Below the pieces are notes generated by a model. That model was not told where the DNA came from and made no database searches. It was given only the letters and a program-made list of their open reading frames with translations. Below, piece by piece: positions 38,358 through 53,095 of a DNA stretch of 64,000 nt (position 1 is the stretch's first letter; each line of letters opens with the position of its first letter). Origin of the DNA: Balanoglossus misakiensis (lineage: Eukaryota > Animalia > Hemichordata); NCBI GenBank assembly GCA_040954595.2, contig CM082598.2:992001-1056000 (forward strand), read 5' to 3'. The position numbers were made by a program, and so were the translations under genes.

Positions 38358-38449
38358 TCAACCTTTCACCCCCAGTTCCCTATCTAGAGGTCCAAACTTA
38401 CTATAGAAAACAATGGGTTTGGACTGAACCATGGTGGTAAAAGGGTTAA
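38358..38449. mobile_element. ~90-bp mini-element, TTAA-ended family (copy 4, best preserved)
   Basis: tcaacctttcacc...ggtaaaagggttaa. Confidence 0.7.
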
Positions 38450-41400
38450 TGGAGAGTGTTGAGTCACGCCTATGATCCTGACACTGCCAATATTTGGTCA
38501 AAAAATCACCAATTATAGATAGATCACTGAGGATTATCACGATAATACTTTAAGTAAACTAACGCTAAATTTAAATCGAACATCACAAACTAATGGCAAT
38601 ATAATCATATAACAATTTGAGACTACGTGCATTAGTTCTAAAAATAGAATAAGTAAAGGAAAATTACAATATAATTGGTGCCTAGGGAAGCTTGGTACAA
38701 AATTGTTTTCTTATCGAATCCAGATTACTTTTTTTTATTGAGAAATAGGCTTCAACTAAAGTGCATACCATCACATTGTGAGACTAATGGGGCTTACTCT
38801 TGGCAAAATTGTTTGAATTTTATTGCTTCACACTATGGAAAATTACCAACACTGACCAATTTTAAAATTGGATTATGTTAATGTTTAAATATAAACCTTC
38901 AAAATTTCATTAATCTCCCTAGCTGGGTGCAAATTGTTATGCTCATACCACCTATGTTGTAAGTATTTCACTTTAATGCATTTTGTCCCTTTAAATAATG
39001 TCTGAACTTCGATTGTTACAATTTGTAATAACATACAAAGTACAGTTGAATTCATAACTGATTTTTCAGATTTACTTTACAACACCAACACTCCTTGGAC
39101 TTTATTCAGCTACAACATTCCTTTACAATCTAAATATTATCGTGGCTTTTATTAAATTCAATATAAACATCAGCAAAGTTTTATAGTATGTAATAACCAA
39201 TGAGATTTGATAAGAGAATTAAATGTTGGTGCTAATTTTTGATAAAATACAATCTGATAGGTAGCTTTTTACTGATCTTGGGTTCAGATATTCAATGTTG
39301 AAATATAACTGTATCTATTTTTGAACTTTAACTATTACCATCTGCAGCTTCCTATTCAGAATGATGAAATTCTTCAATACAAAACTGACCCCATTATGTC
39401 TCTAAAAGCTCTCGTTTTTTTTTCTTTTCATTTTGCTCAGCCCTTTGCAGTCACAGGCGACACTACAGTAAATACATTGTATCTAAGACAAATTAGCATT
39501 AAAAATGAATTACAACAACCCGATACAAACTCACTAAATGCTGAAAATTATATTCAACTTCCGCTTTGCATGAATATTTTAGTGAGTTGTGTTCCCATAA
39601 CAGCTGAACCATCTGGTTTCATTGCAAATTAATCTACTTAGGATTGATAGCGGCAAAACGCACCCTTATTACCAAATTGCTTCTTCAATATCAGTGAAAG
39701 TGCAACTCTTTGCTTTTATCAAACTTGTCTGTTTAGTTTTGATGTAATTGTTATGCAGTACCTCAATACTATGCAATACACTAAAATACTAAAAATACAT
39801 TAAATACAGAAATACCACAGAGACAAATTATTTTCTCAGTGTCTAGTTGATTCACCAAAAAATCTACAGAATATTTCTCTTCATTGGCCAGCTAGTGGCT
39901 GGTGAAATCAAACAACTTGGGAAATCAAATGCCATGGGCAGTCAGAATCGCGCTCAGCTAATCTGCGAAGTATTGTGGAAGAAAGTAATGCAGTAGATGG
40001 AAAAAATACAATGCTCTTTAAAGCAGGAGAAGTGATGAAAACCACCACTACAAATGTTGTTATACAGAGAAATACTGGGTGATTATTTCTAACTCGTATT
40101 TCAATCACCGTTCATAGTACGCAAGTCAGAACTGATTATATTTTACCCGCATTTGAATAAGCTGTCATGCGCCGTTAGTCTGTTTAGCCCGCAGCGAAGT
40201 TGGAGGCCTGGATCTCAAACATTTAGCTGTAAGCCTTGTGTAGCGATTCTGTGATATGTCAATAGCAAAGGAGCTGGGTTTTATTTCTCGAAATAAAGCC
40301 GTGATCGAAAGGGTGGCAGCCGTCAACACATTAGGAAAATTAAAACGCACACTGGTTGGACACGGCTTATCCGACTGTCGTGTTATAACCTTTTAATGTA
40401 ACAAACCAAGTAGGTGATGTCATTTGACATGAAAACAACGAGCAAACCAGTTTGCGTTTACATTTTCTGATTATGTTACACAAAAGTCAACAGGCGAGTC
40501 CATTAACTTAAATTAATTGCAGATTTCCACAGTCTATATTGACCGAGTCAAAACTTAAACATTTACACTATCCTATTTGAAGGACATCATTATTAGAAAC
40601 GTGTATGTAATACCTTCATACTCAATGTTTATTTTCATCTAATATTTTCACACATTAATTTTTTGCTACCTCTATTACGTACACAAATCTCACTGTGAAT
40701 GTCCCCCAAGTACATTACCTTGCAAAGTCAAAGACTATTTGTCATGGACTCATTTATAAATTGTTGGCACGCAAAATAGATAAAAATGTCTTTCATATCT
40801 CCACTCACTAGATTTGACAAAGAGAAAAAATGTACTTCATTATTCGTACAATTGACCATTTCAACACAAAAAAGCAGATAAAGGAGTAATTAAAATTTGT
40901 AAGGTTACACACAAAAGAATTCTTTTCATAAGTCAACACCAAATTCCCTTATGTAAAGGGAATTATGAGCCCACTGTTTATCTGTCCAAACACCAAACTC
41001 CCATGAGAAACAAGACTGTGATTCCAGTATCCCCTGCATTTCAAGTTTTATCTATACGCAGAATGGAACACAAGCCTCAAATGAATATTTGCAAACTGCT
41101 TCACTGAAAACCAAAATATTTATTCAATATCTTTGAAAATTGAGATTTTTGACCAGCCACAGATGTATGAAGGCGTGTTAAGGCCTTGAACACTTTTCCA
41201 TCTTAGAACATCCTTTTCAGGGAAAATGATGTGTACTTCTCAATTTTGCTATCAGAATCATCGTGTTAATACTGGTACATAGGTAGGTAAACAAGTAAAT
41301 TACAACATGAAAACAGTACAATATTGATCACTGCTATTATTATTATTATTTTATTATTATTATTGAAATGTCTGCAACCAAACTGGTGTGCCTTTAAGCG

Positions 41401-44400
41401 TCTTTGACCTCGGGATATTTTCCTCAAAGGTATTAACCACACAATTAAATTTGATGATTACATGTTCTTATGAAGAGATTTTTCTGAAAGGGTTCATTTT
41501 AATCCTGTTAAAGTTAAAAGGGGTTTTTCAGCAACAAATGGAGTCACTAGCTTTTGTGGCGCGTCTAAAAAGGGTTTTCCAATTTAAACTTAATCACAGT
41601 GATTCTATGGTCAATTGAGAAATAAGCATTGTAAGTGTCAGCTATGTTGTCACTTTGAATCTATGTACCATTCGTAACGAGCTAAAATTGATATTTATGG
41701 TGAAATGGTTGATTGTTACCATGGCAATGAATAAGGAAATACTACACAAAATTCGTACTCTGAATAACTTATTGAGGACAACTTAAGTCGCTGGTCAAAC
41801 TGCAAAAGATATTCTCTGCTCAGCTCAGCTCAATTATGTGATACCTCTCTCTCCTTCAAACACACGAAAAAGTACTGAAAATATGATCACTGATCATTAT
41901 GAAAACTTTGTTCCATTTAAAAAGATCAATTCAGTTGTCATTGTGCTCGTTGTGTCATGTGACACGCACGGAAACTGTTTAACTTGAACCTAATGGCTTT
42001 GTTTTCACAGGAATGTTTGGAATAGCATCTTCTTCGTGGAAATCAGTTGCATTGTTTTGCCTGGATGATAAAACTGTTTGGTCAACTTTCTGTCGTTTGT
42101 GTATTATTTGAACAAGGAAATTGCAATCACAGAACCAAAATGCTGAGCTCGACAAAATGGGAAAGCCGCCTTAAAAGGGATGGGGCTTCATTTACTACGG
42201 TAATAAATTTCTTTATTGATTCAGAATTCAGCCAACTTATTCTAAATGTTATCCGGATTAAATCAGCGAGGAATGCAAGAGTTAAATCCTTTCTACTTTC
42301 CCTCCATTCAACCCTACATTTCCAATTTAATGGCAAGGTTGATGTCTGCATGTAAGTACATAAACGATTGACAAGGTAGCCACTGAATTGATGATTCTAC
42401 ATGATTCACAGAGAGTTTTTTACACCGCAGATTTGAGTGTAATATTATAACAGCCACACAGCCTATTCATTTTCAACTCATTTGAGAATACTACCACTGC
42501 TATTAAAAATGGCTTAGTCACTGAATGGGATACTTTACGACAGCTTTTAGTGTCAACATCCCACTGTACAGTGTTTTGGCGGCTGCTTGAGAATTCTGCA
42601 GACTTACCAAGTGTTCTGCAAAGTCACCCAGTGTTATGCAGAGTTATGAAGTGTTTTGCAGTCTCCTGCCATTTTCAGAAATGTTGTCATATTACAACTA
42701 AAGCAACAGAAACACATCCTTGTTTCCGGGTTTCTTTGATTTTTTTTTAAATTTCCTTGTTGAATTTTTTATCAACTGACTGAAGAAATATAATAATGCC
42801 TCTCTAACCAAAAGAAAAACAGAGAGACAGTGAAAGGGGGATATCAAATCTTGTCCGAAACATTTCGACAGTATACTACACTTTGAAAGCTACAAGCTAG
42901 ATAAAGTAACTTTTCCAATAAAACAAAACAAAACCAACCCAAACACAATGTCACAAGATAAAATCAGTATCATTTAAACTTAATATTCTCCACAGTGGGT
43001 ATCTATGGCATTTTATCTTTTTGCAACCTGACAAAGTATGCATTTCTATCTTTTAAATAAGTAAAGTATGCACAAATAAAACTATGTATATTTTTTGTTG
43101 ATTTAAAAAGAGGTAGTTCTTGTGACATGGTTTGGGAATTATCAAAAGAGAATGAACAGTTACCTTTAAAAATCCCGACCGAACTTCAACAGACGCCGTG
43201 GTTTACCTCGTACTGACAAGAACACTTATCCTTTCCACCTGAGAACATTAGCAAGCAAATAAAGCTACATGAGAACAGAGTGTCAAAGTGTTGAGCGTTG
43301 AGTGGAGTAATTTCCCAGGGTAGAGTGTTTGCCTTGTAATTACAATGTGTAGCTTGCAGGACTTTTCCTGCATAATCAGCGCGTTCTGATTTGCTCAGGT
43401 TCCCAGGGTCATACGCAAAGAGAACTTCGTGTAAGCTAGATGGTCCATCAACTGATCTCTTAACTTGTTGAAAACTAAATCTCTGTTGAAACCAGTTTCT
43501 TATCTTTTCAATGATTCACTAAAAAAATTGAATAATAAAATGCTGATATTAATAATGTGAACCTGAATCCAACTTTCAATGTCAGTATAGTTTAATTAAG
43601 AAATGTACTAAAATTTCATGGATAACTTGGAACCATTTTACCTAAATACTCCATCCATATTTTGTGTAATTTTATCCTTTTCAAGTTTGTCAAGAAATGG
43701 TACAAAAAGTATTAAAGCTAAAATTATTTCATGGAAGTAAAACCCTCAGACTCTAGTAATAAATGCTTTTTGATTGCTCTATGCTGGCCATAAATTTTGT
43801 CATAAAATTGTAGGTTGTGATATTTTGACATTCTAGTCAGACCTTTATCAACAATAAAATCTTCTATGTGTAAAATTTATGTCTTTTCGGAATATTTTGC
43901 TGAGGTCAAACTTTGAGAGGAATATATCACATCCCAGGACTTTTATTCAAGAGATATAACTCCTTGGTTATTCTGTTTTAGTGAATTTTCATATAAGTAG
44001 AGCACACATCACAGATACATGTTAGTCAAAATTTAAAGTATTATATTTTTGCATATTTAAGCTAGCTGTGATTGTTTAAAAATAAAAAGTGCACAGAATA
44101 AATGAGAATAAATAAATTTGGCTGTCAGTGTTACTGCGTATGATTTTTCTATCAAAATTCTATAAAGCCAGAAAATATTCAATTCACTCTAATATACCGG
44201 TACTGAAAATTTTCTCATAGAAACCCAAGCTTAATTAAGGAAACATTTCTGACCTTGAGATGTCCTAATCATGTAAATATCCAGTGTCCCGATTAATTTC
44301 AATCAAAATCTCCTTTTTCTAATCAATTTTCATGACGCCCTCATGTCTGACAAAGAGCAAATCTCAACTATTCACTAAAAAAATGCAGTTTTCCACAGGG

Positions 44401-45573
44401 ATTTCTCAGATTTGATAACACTTGAGGAAACGATACATATTAAACAAAATTCTAGACTAAGTGAACAAGAGAGTTAACTCTCGGCACTTATGGTTGAGTA
44501 CTTTCAATTTTTGGCTTTCACCCAAGAAGTTGTGCCTATCTGTCTGTGAGTACAGACAGATCACTTTTTAAGCAAATGAATCATCTCACGAATGTGACAT
44601 CTTAAAGTTTCTATCTTCTAGAGTGATATATTTATCAGTTTATCAGTGCAAGAATGCATTTCTTTATGTATGAGATGTGTCTAGTTTGATTCTTGTCAAG
44701 GACGAGTTTTTTTTAATTGTCTGCCCAATGTATAGAGATTTAACGCACTAATCTTTTACTCATTACATCTTCAATCCACTACTTGTACATACAATTTTTT
44801 TTACCGACCAAAAATGAAATGATCATAAAGTCCGACATGTGTAATATTGTCCATCTATGGACTGATTGAGCCAAGACAACAGATCATTTGGGCATGTTCC
44901 AGTGAGTAGAACAAACTTTGGATGGGGTGTGCAGTCCTTTTTAATATATTTGCAATAAATCCTTGAGAGAGATCATTTCGCGGTACCTTGATCTAAACTG
45001 GTACTTGGAAAAAAATAATTAAGCCCCATTATTATGAAGACTGACTTAAGACATGGTAACTATTCTACAGGATAACCACGGCAACACTGATAAGGGTATT
45101 AAATCCTTTTCAAAGAATCCTTCGACAAAATTTCTAGATACAGCAATTAAGTCAAGCGTGAAAACTCAGCACTACAAATCTCCCAGTTCAAATGATCCGA
45201 TGTAATACTGCTTAATACAGAACTGAGTATTACATTACATCATTCAGAAGGCTTATTCTCAAATGACAACACCCATGATGTGATTGAGGTCTTGGATTTA
45301 TAGGTCGATGGTCATCAAAATCACATATTGCCTGATCCTGTACATCATTAATAATAGGGAAAATATACGGTACTGACCACAGGAAACTCTACAATGAGTT
45401 TAACACAATTTGAAACAAACTGTCAGCTTCAGCACATCCCATACCTAAAATTTATTGAAGTATACCGGTATATCCCCCTCCCCCACAATCAGGCAACAGC
45501 CTGTACTGTTGCCCTCATTGTCAGTCATCATGTGTATAAGGTAACACATGTAACAGTGGGTTCGGGGGCTTGT

Positions 45574-45654
45574 TAGCCTAGTACCTCTAGAACCGTTTTT
45601 TGTCCGCTTAGTTTTGGAAGCAAAGCGGACAAAATATGGCTAGGTACTAGGCTA
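45574..45654. mobile_element. 81-bp palindromic mini-transposon with a 9-bp TSD
   Basis: TIR tagcctagtacct / aggtactaggcta; ggggcttgt is duplicated at 45565-45573 and 45655-45663. Confidence 0.88.
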
Positions 45655-46214
45655 GGGGCTTGTATGAAAAGTAACTATGTTTCAACAATGTGTACGCGGA
45701 GGCAACAACCTCAACAACGGTCACGTTCCCGGTCTTTTTACTCTCAGACACCATTTTTGTATTCCAGGGGTAAACAAACTATGATGAACTTAATCTGTCT
45801 CCCGGTGCTCCGGCTAGTGTGGATAATCACCTCAGATTTTACTTTCTGTAAAAAGTACAATCATCCACCAAGTTAACACTAATGGCTTGACTGCATGCTT
45901 TCTGGTCTCAAGGGAATATCACTGATTTTTCCATTATCTAAACAAAGCTTTTCTTTATGTTTCTTTATTCACCGGGAAGCTAATCCAGTAAAAACATTTA
46001 TAAGTAGTAATGTAAGTACGCTGTCGCGCCGCGCTGTGTTACATCAACTGGGAAATTGTGTGTTATTGTGAATTGTGAAGTAAATCTTTGTAAAAAGAGA
46101 ACCACAAAGTAGGAATCTATAAAACATTTCTTTGGTCACTGAGGTTCAGATTCTGATAGCCATGCTGAGCAAAAAGGAATCATTTAGGTTTTCTGTCTGT
46201 GACCTGCCTTAATG

Positions 46215-46410
46215 TTGCTTTCTTTCTTTCTCTCTTTCTTTCTATCTCTGTCTGTCTCTCACTCGCTTCCTCCTCTCTCCCTTTCTTCCATACTAGGTCT
46301 CTTTTTCTCCCCCTGATCTCTCTCTCTTCTCTCTCGCTCTCTATCTCTCCCCCTTTCTCTCTCTCTCCTCTCCTCTCCCTCCCTCTCTCCATCTCTCTCA
46401 TCATCTCACC
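46215..46410. repeat. CT-rich polypyrimidine low-complexity tract
   Basis: Read directly from the sequence. Confidence 0.9.
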
Positions 46411-49400
46411 ATCTTTGTGAAATGATAATACCCAAATAAAATACATCAAAACTAACCTGCAGTGCTTTGGTCGCTTGACTGTTATACCAGATCTTCTCTC
46501 AAGTCTGATTCATCAATTCCTGCAAACCAATGGAATATAATACTCATTAAAATCTTTATCAAAAATATGTCATGGTCATAAACTGCATAGTTTCAATCTG
46601 TATGGATGACAGATCCCTCTATCAGAGTGATGTCCTGTGTGCCCTCAACAAAGTCTCTCACAAAACCAACTTCAGGATAAATAGTCCTATAAACATCTCA
46701 GCAACTTCACAAAGCTGGGTTTGGGATGGTATATGGTATGTGGTCGTGGGATGGTCTTTAATTAGACAGAATGTAATTGACAGATGTCAGATGTTTTTGA
46801 TAGACAGTTAGCTGATCACTTGTTCTCGTAAATGGTGCATCTTTTTAAATAAACGGTGCATTATGAGCCTCAGTATAAGTACATACGCACGCAAACTGGT
46901 GGAGTACTTCACCCCTAAACAGTAACAATCAAATCTTTGTTCTGGAATTTGATCGACAGTGCGTTCGACATGGTGTAGTGGACTAAAGCACACTGAGAGG
47001 GTTATTTTGATAAACACTGCTTCATAGAATACAACCCTGATCTCTGACATTTTTCTTTCATTGAACCAGACACTTATTCTTTCATCCAAGAATACATGTT
47101 GTGTTAGTGGTTGTGGTGTTTCTTTATCTGTAGTACTAGTACTGAAATACCTCTGCAAATAACAGTTAGAATAAAACTTTTTGGTTGATTTATGTGATCA
47201 TTAAAAATCCTGCCGTCCTGGCCTGCTCAAGAATGAGTTTGCTAGCTTTTTCTTTATGAGAATCACTTTGCAGAATAATTAAAAGTTATTAAGTATTGTG
47301 TAAAGTTTCACTCAGTATATAACTCAAGTCATGCATATCTAAAGTTTTGACTTTTCATTTCATTTGTTGAGATGGGTTTGAATTGAGTAAATGATGGCAT
47401 TTTATAACATGTTAATCATCCTACCATCAAAATATTTATCACATATAAATGGTTCCTAACCATTAACTAGTATTGAGTAATTATTTGCTCACATTATACT
47501 GAACAAACAAGCTTTTTCAATGATATTCATAAATGTACAATGTAAATATTGTGAAATGACAGCTGGGGCTAGCCACAAGCCTTTACTGCTTGTGATACAA
47601 AAATACCCTGGATCTGAAATGTGTTGCTAAGCAAATACATGATGATAAAGTCACCATATTGACAAGTGTAGTCACAATTCCCAGAACGACTGGTTTGCTA
47701 CAAAAGGCGTCAATTTTGAGTGACTCGACCAGCAAAGCTTAGCACACTCGGCAGAATTTTTCTTCTGAAAAGCATATTGATTGCCCAGCCCATATAACAA
47801 ATCAATATGTCAATTTCCTACAACCGTGTTTCATAGTTCTATCTACGTCTCGTCAGATTTCTTGTTCCCGTGACAAAGAACCAGCCAAGCCAAACATTTC
47901 TTGAGTAAAAGTCAATTCAGGAGTCACTGTATTGATTTTCCCGGTACAATTAAATCTCTATAAATAAAACGATGTGAAGTGATTTCAGTTGAAACACACC
48001 AGTCATTTTACTTGAAATGGTATGAATTGAAGCTAAAGGAAAGACTGTGTTTTGTTAAGCCAGTACCCCGGTAAAATTTAACCAGGGTTCTCCCATCAAT
48101 TTTCTGGAGGTTTCCGTAAGTATGCATATCAATGAAATCAAATTAGGAGACAAATAATAAAACTGATTTCTTTCTATCAAAACGCCATACTGCAAATTAC
48201 AGTTAAACAGTATTTCAAATTTTACAAGTTATTGATTTCATTTGCAGTTTTCTACTTTATTTAACTTAAACTATATGTTTATAAAAACACCAGGTGATTT
48301 TTTTATGCCAGAAAGATAGATTACCTTTGCAGCCCAAGATTGTGGTTTGCATATTATTAAACTAGAAGATCTACAACTAAAGTCGGCATATTCTAAAATT
48401 CCATCAATAATTCAAAGCGTTTTTTACTTGCTGTGAATTCTTTAGTGTTCAGATACATTCCCATTGAAAATGGAAGTGCTGAATGAAACTTTTTAAGATT
48501 GATTCGATTTTCTCTGCGAGGCAGCAGACAGCTAATAATAGAATATTTGGATTCCTTCGGCAAATATTGTGTGGAGGTCAGTGTATCCTCTGCGACAAGA
48601 CTTCAAGCAAAGAGGCCTTAAGACATAATTCCAAGCTGCGGCGTTCTATTAAATATGTCGTGAGAATCATACTTTGCTTTCAAAGGGTTGATCATAAAGA
48701 ACGAAAATCCTTGGATTTAGAAAATTGCATACTGAAGCCTTTTACTAATCTTGCCTGTGCAATAAATTTTAGCAAAATACACAAGAGTCCAACATTTTTC
48801 AGAGATAACGAAACAGTTAGTAAAATACAAGAATGCGAAAATTAATCCTCGCGTAACAGTTGCCTCTTTTGATCTCGTGAAAATTTCCCGTCGCGAAATT
48901 AACCCGTTTTACAGTATGTTACTATTAAACCAAATGCCGAAACCATTTATCGCGACAGAACGCCTCTTTTGAAAGGCTGGGAAACACAGAACTGACTTTG
49001 CATGGCTTAATACATTTCAGGGGCAGATAATTTGCATTAAGATGTCGCTGTGTTTGTCATATGACTTATTCAGAGCGTGTTAAATGGGAACCACAATCAG
49101 CTGATTGGATGTGACTATACTTTATTGATGGATATTTTGGTGTTGTTAAAACAGCGATTCTATGACACCATAGAAATGTATCTGACTCCCCAGGGTATGG
49201 CCCTTGGCACTTTTAATTACAAGCAAATTCCAGGTATTTCAGCAATAGCACAGACTTATATCCCTCAGTGGGAATCCCGCCACTTTCCAAGGAATCCAAG
49301 CCTGCTGACTGATCGGAAAGTCAAAACGGAAAAATGTAGTAGCATGACATAAATGCAATTATTCCCACTAAAAATTTTAACGTCACGGATTCCTTTCCTT

Positions 49401-50041
49401 GCGTGCAAGTTGGATGGAAGAGAGAAATAATGAATCCAATTTTTTTCTGTGATGGGAAATTGTCACTGAGCTTTTTTTATACATGTACATTCAGAAGATT
49501 GAAGAGTCTTGCCCATGGTTCAGTCCTGCTGTTCGTATTAGAAACGCATCTCTCGGTCATTATAGAACAGACACCCTCTCCATGAATACACTATACAACT
49601 GATTTTTCTGAAGAGTTCGATCTCTTCTGTCAAAGCAGTTGCTTTCTTAGCACCCACACATTTGGTGATGTTGAAAACCTCATCATAACATCACACCAAC
49701 TGAATCACTGACGTATTATACACATTTCTTCCCAACCAATCGTTCCAAATTTGTCGTTACTTCAAAAACATGAAGGCGTACAGGACTAAACCTCCTACAC
49801 ATGTTGATGAGGGCCAGCTATACGCGCCAACTTAAATGTATATTATTAAAAGACTCAAATCTCCACACAACTTTAAATTTTTAATAAATCTTCCGTAAAC
49901 CAAATCCTGTCTTATCTGGAAACTTATCTATACCAAACACCATCTCTTCACAAAGAAACACATGTTGAAATATTCTAGTTACATACAAAACTTGATTCAC
50001 AATTACTTGGCTACAAACCCTTGCTATGGTAATCAACCAAG

Positions 50042-50051
50042 TCTCGCGAGA
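50042..50051. promoter_or_regulatory. TCTCGCGAGA palindrome (CGCG element)
   Basis: Exact match, followed by a second partial copy tctcgcaacgaga, in otherwise CpG-poor DNA. Confidence 0.4.
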
Positions 50052-50538
50052 TCTCGCAACGAGAATCGTGTATTGTACGTAGACGATGATGCTTAAGAAC
50101 AGATGCAGTCCATTTTGACCAAACTATTGTCCAAGTGCACAGCGAAACACAGAACTTTGGAGTCACGGCTTACTGTATCCATTATTGATCATTCCATTCA
50201 TATCCTGTCATGGAATCTTGTAATTGAAATCTCAGCAAAAATGGCCTTGAGATTGTGGTTTGGCTCGACAGAAAAGAGAAACTACGTCCATTTGGAAAGC
50301 AATCTATCAGACACTCGTAAATCAGTCATGTCAGTGTATTCATGGCTTCATCAGAGGAAGACCCCCACGGAGCTAGTATCAATAAGAATTGTTACAGAAA
50401 ATAACAAGAAAGGGGACACTTTTTTCTTTAATTATATACGTCAACTAGTCGTTACGAAGAACCATAATTATTGCTTATCTATACTTTTTTAGATTAACAG
50501 TCTTCTGTATTAAAATAATCATGGCTTTGAAAGTCGTT

Positions 50539-50613
50539 ATGAATGAATGAATGAATGAATGAATGAATGAATGAATGAATGAACGAACAAATGAACGAAT
50601 GAATGAATGAATG
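50539..50613. repeat. (GAAT)n microsatellite
   Basis: Read directly from the sequence. Confidence 0.95.
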
Positions 50614-53018
50614 TAAACAAAATAAAATTAAAAAATAATTGTGGCTATACTTATAGTAACTACATGTAATTTATAACAGACTTAACAGTTGTACGCAGTA
50701 ACGTAGTACATGTTATAGTATTATTCCTCCTCTTCATTATAAATGTAGGTAAAAATACTAAAATATTTGTTGTTGTGTAGCTGACAACATGCTATCTACG
50801 CTTAGAGTAAGACACAATCAACGCAAATGATTCTAATGCGTCCTATTGAGGTCAACTTTTCCTTGGTTCATTCGGTGCGATGCACAAGGGCGATAAAAGT
50901 CCCAATAAAAATCTATTTTTCAGCACCTGAATGATCCAATTATTAACAGCCATACAAGCTTAATCAAATCCACACTGTCAGAAGATAGCACTCAGACAAA
51001 ATGCATTTAACCAAGAGATACATAAAAAAAAATACAGCGTTAAAAGAGAAATTTTAAAGTAATTGGCCAAGACGTCACAGTAAAATGATGAATTCAATAT
51101 AGTCTATGTACACTCGTCTCCTATAGCCAGAAAATCTGTGGTCATATTATCTGGGCCACCAACCCATCTTTTGCTTGACCAGCAGATCCAGAACATCTGG
51201 TGGTCTACCTGACCAGTGAAAACAAGTCAATTAGCAGACAATACAGAACCACTACATAAATACGGGACCACTGAATCTTCCTAGTGGTCCTGAAGACCAC
51301 TGAATGCTTAACTGTTCCACTATCAGACATTTTCTTAAAGACGATGAAGACAGAAAAATATAACTTACTAGAAATGTGAGAGCTGGACTGTTCGGGATGG
51401 CAGAGAAGTTACACCGAACCTACGCCACGTTACAGCGAACATCAACTAGATATCCACCACACAGAGACCCACTAGAAAGCTTTTACCGTGAAAATTAATA
51501 TCCAAATATGATCAATAATAAATGCTAATGGAGTTTTAATGACTTAGCTCAGTCACAAAGGTATTAGGGACCACCTCCTCAATTACAATTCGTCTAAGAA
51601 CTGAATTTTAATTTAATATCATGATATTGTGTAGAATTAAAACTCTGATTTTTAGGGATCACCTGTATGGCTGTAATTTTAACTTCCATTTCAGGGACCA
51701 TCTCCATGGCTATAATTAAACTTTTAGGGACCATCTCAATAGTTATCGCATTTTTTCTCTTAAATTAAAGAATTACACAAAGGAAAACAAAACTCATTGT
51801 AGTCACAAATGAAAGTTCTTTAAACACAAAAAAATTACAGGACCATATCGAGGAGAATTTAATCTCAAACATCAAAGAGACACTAGCTGTAACATTCTGC
51901 TATTTTTGAGTGTATTAATTTAACTCTGTATGTCTTATTTTTCCACAGGTCAGCTTATACACCCCCATGCGAAACTGGTTAATGCACTATCATAAGCAAT
52001 GAGAAGTAAAGTGCCTCTTTCTAAAGGGCACATCTACAATTCATCATCCTCCAACAGTTTAGTCCAGCACTAATGCCACTGGACCGCAATACATCCGAAT
52101 TATCCAGAGTTCTAACAAAAGAGGGCGAATTTTTTCTCCCGGTTCACTATGAAGAGGAAGATTTACAAGAAACACAGTATTAGAAGCGGCAATATCTAGT
52201 TCTGATTGCCTGAGAATTTTTCACTCTGCAGGAATTATAATTATCTGACACTCGAAAATTGCATTGAAATTATCGCCCTTTGTGAAGGCTGGACCGAATT
52301 CCTGTCATGTCAATCATCTCTCAAAGGATAAAAATAAATGGAGCTGCAGAGATCTCTTTCAAGGTACATCACAAATGTAGCCAGACACCGACAAACGTTA
52401 TCTTCTAACCTTGTGCACACACATATCCACTTTAGCTCAGACTTGGCCATGCATGCTTGGCCGGCCATAATCCTATCTGTGAGTTCAATTGCATTACACA
52501 TATTTGAAGTCATCCTAACTCTGGGCTATAGGCAAATATAATTAACAGAATCAGCAAAATTTGAGGTCCCACTGTGGACTTAACTAATTACCCAGGGGAA
52601 GAGATTTTACTCCAGATCTATCCCCTTCTTTCCAGGATCCTGAATAGTCCCCTAATATCCCACTGTCACAGGGAACAGAGCATTTTCACAACAGACCATG
52701 ATAAACCGAATCCATTTTATGCTTCATCAGTGGTGCGGTTACCTAGGTTACCGCATACTTTGTTTAAATGGACCAATCGCATGGCTGTCTGACTGACTGA
52801 AAAAAGACCAATCGCTTGGCCAGTAAAGACCATCTTTTTTCGCTCATTTACTGGATGGTATTGGTAGTAAAGTGAAGCCAAAATAGACCAGTTGTGCAAA
52901 TGTCATTTCTCTTTAAATCACCTTTCAATCAATCCCTTGCGAATGGGGAGTTTTTTCAGTGGCTTGAATTTGAAAGTTTGGTTCTGCAAGTAAAAGACAG
53001 TGACAGCATGCATTTATA

Positions 53019-53095
53019 TAGTCTAGCATCTAGCCGTATTATGTCCTCTTTGCTTCCAAAACACAGCAGGCAAAATACGGCTAGATACTAGACTA
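53019..53095. mobile_element. 77-bp palindromic mini-transposon with a 9-bp TSD (same family as 45574, inverted)
   Basis: TIR tagtctagcatctagccgtatt / aatacggctagatactagacta; gcatttata is duplicated at 53010-53018 and 53096-53104. The core tttgcttccaaaac is the reverse complement of gttttggaagcaaa in the 45574 copy. Confidence 0.9.

Noticed and set aside
46180-46449. Glu/Arg-rich ORF
   Set aside because: It is a translation of a GA/CT low-complexity tract.
48840-48916. Possible MITE end (cgcgaaattaacccgttttacagta)
   Set aside because: No matching opposite terminus was found, so the element cannot be delimited.
23710-52730. Other CTGATGA/TCATCAG occurrences as hammerheads (e.g. near 23715, 28493, 32100, 37442, 50348)
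   Set aside because: None is followed by a stem II and GAAA.
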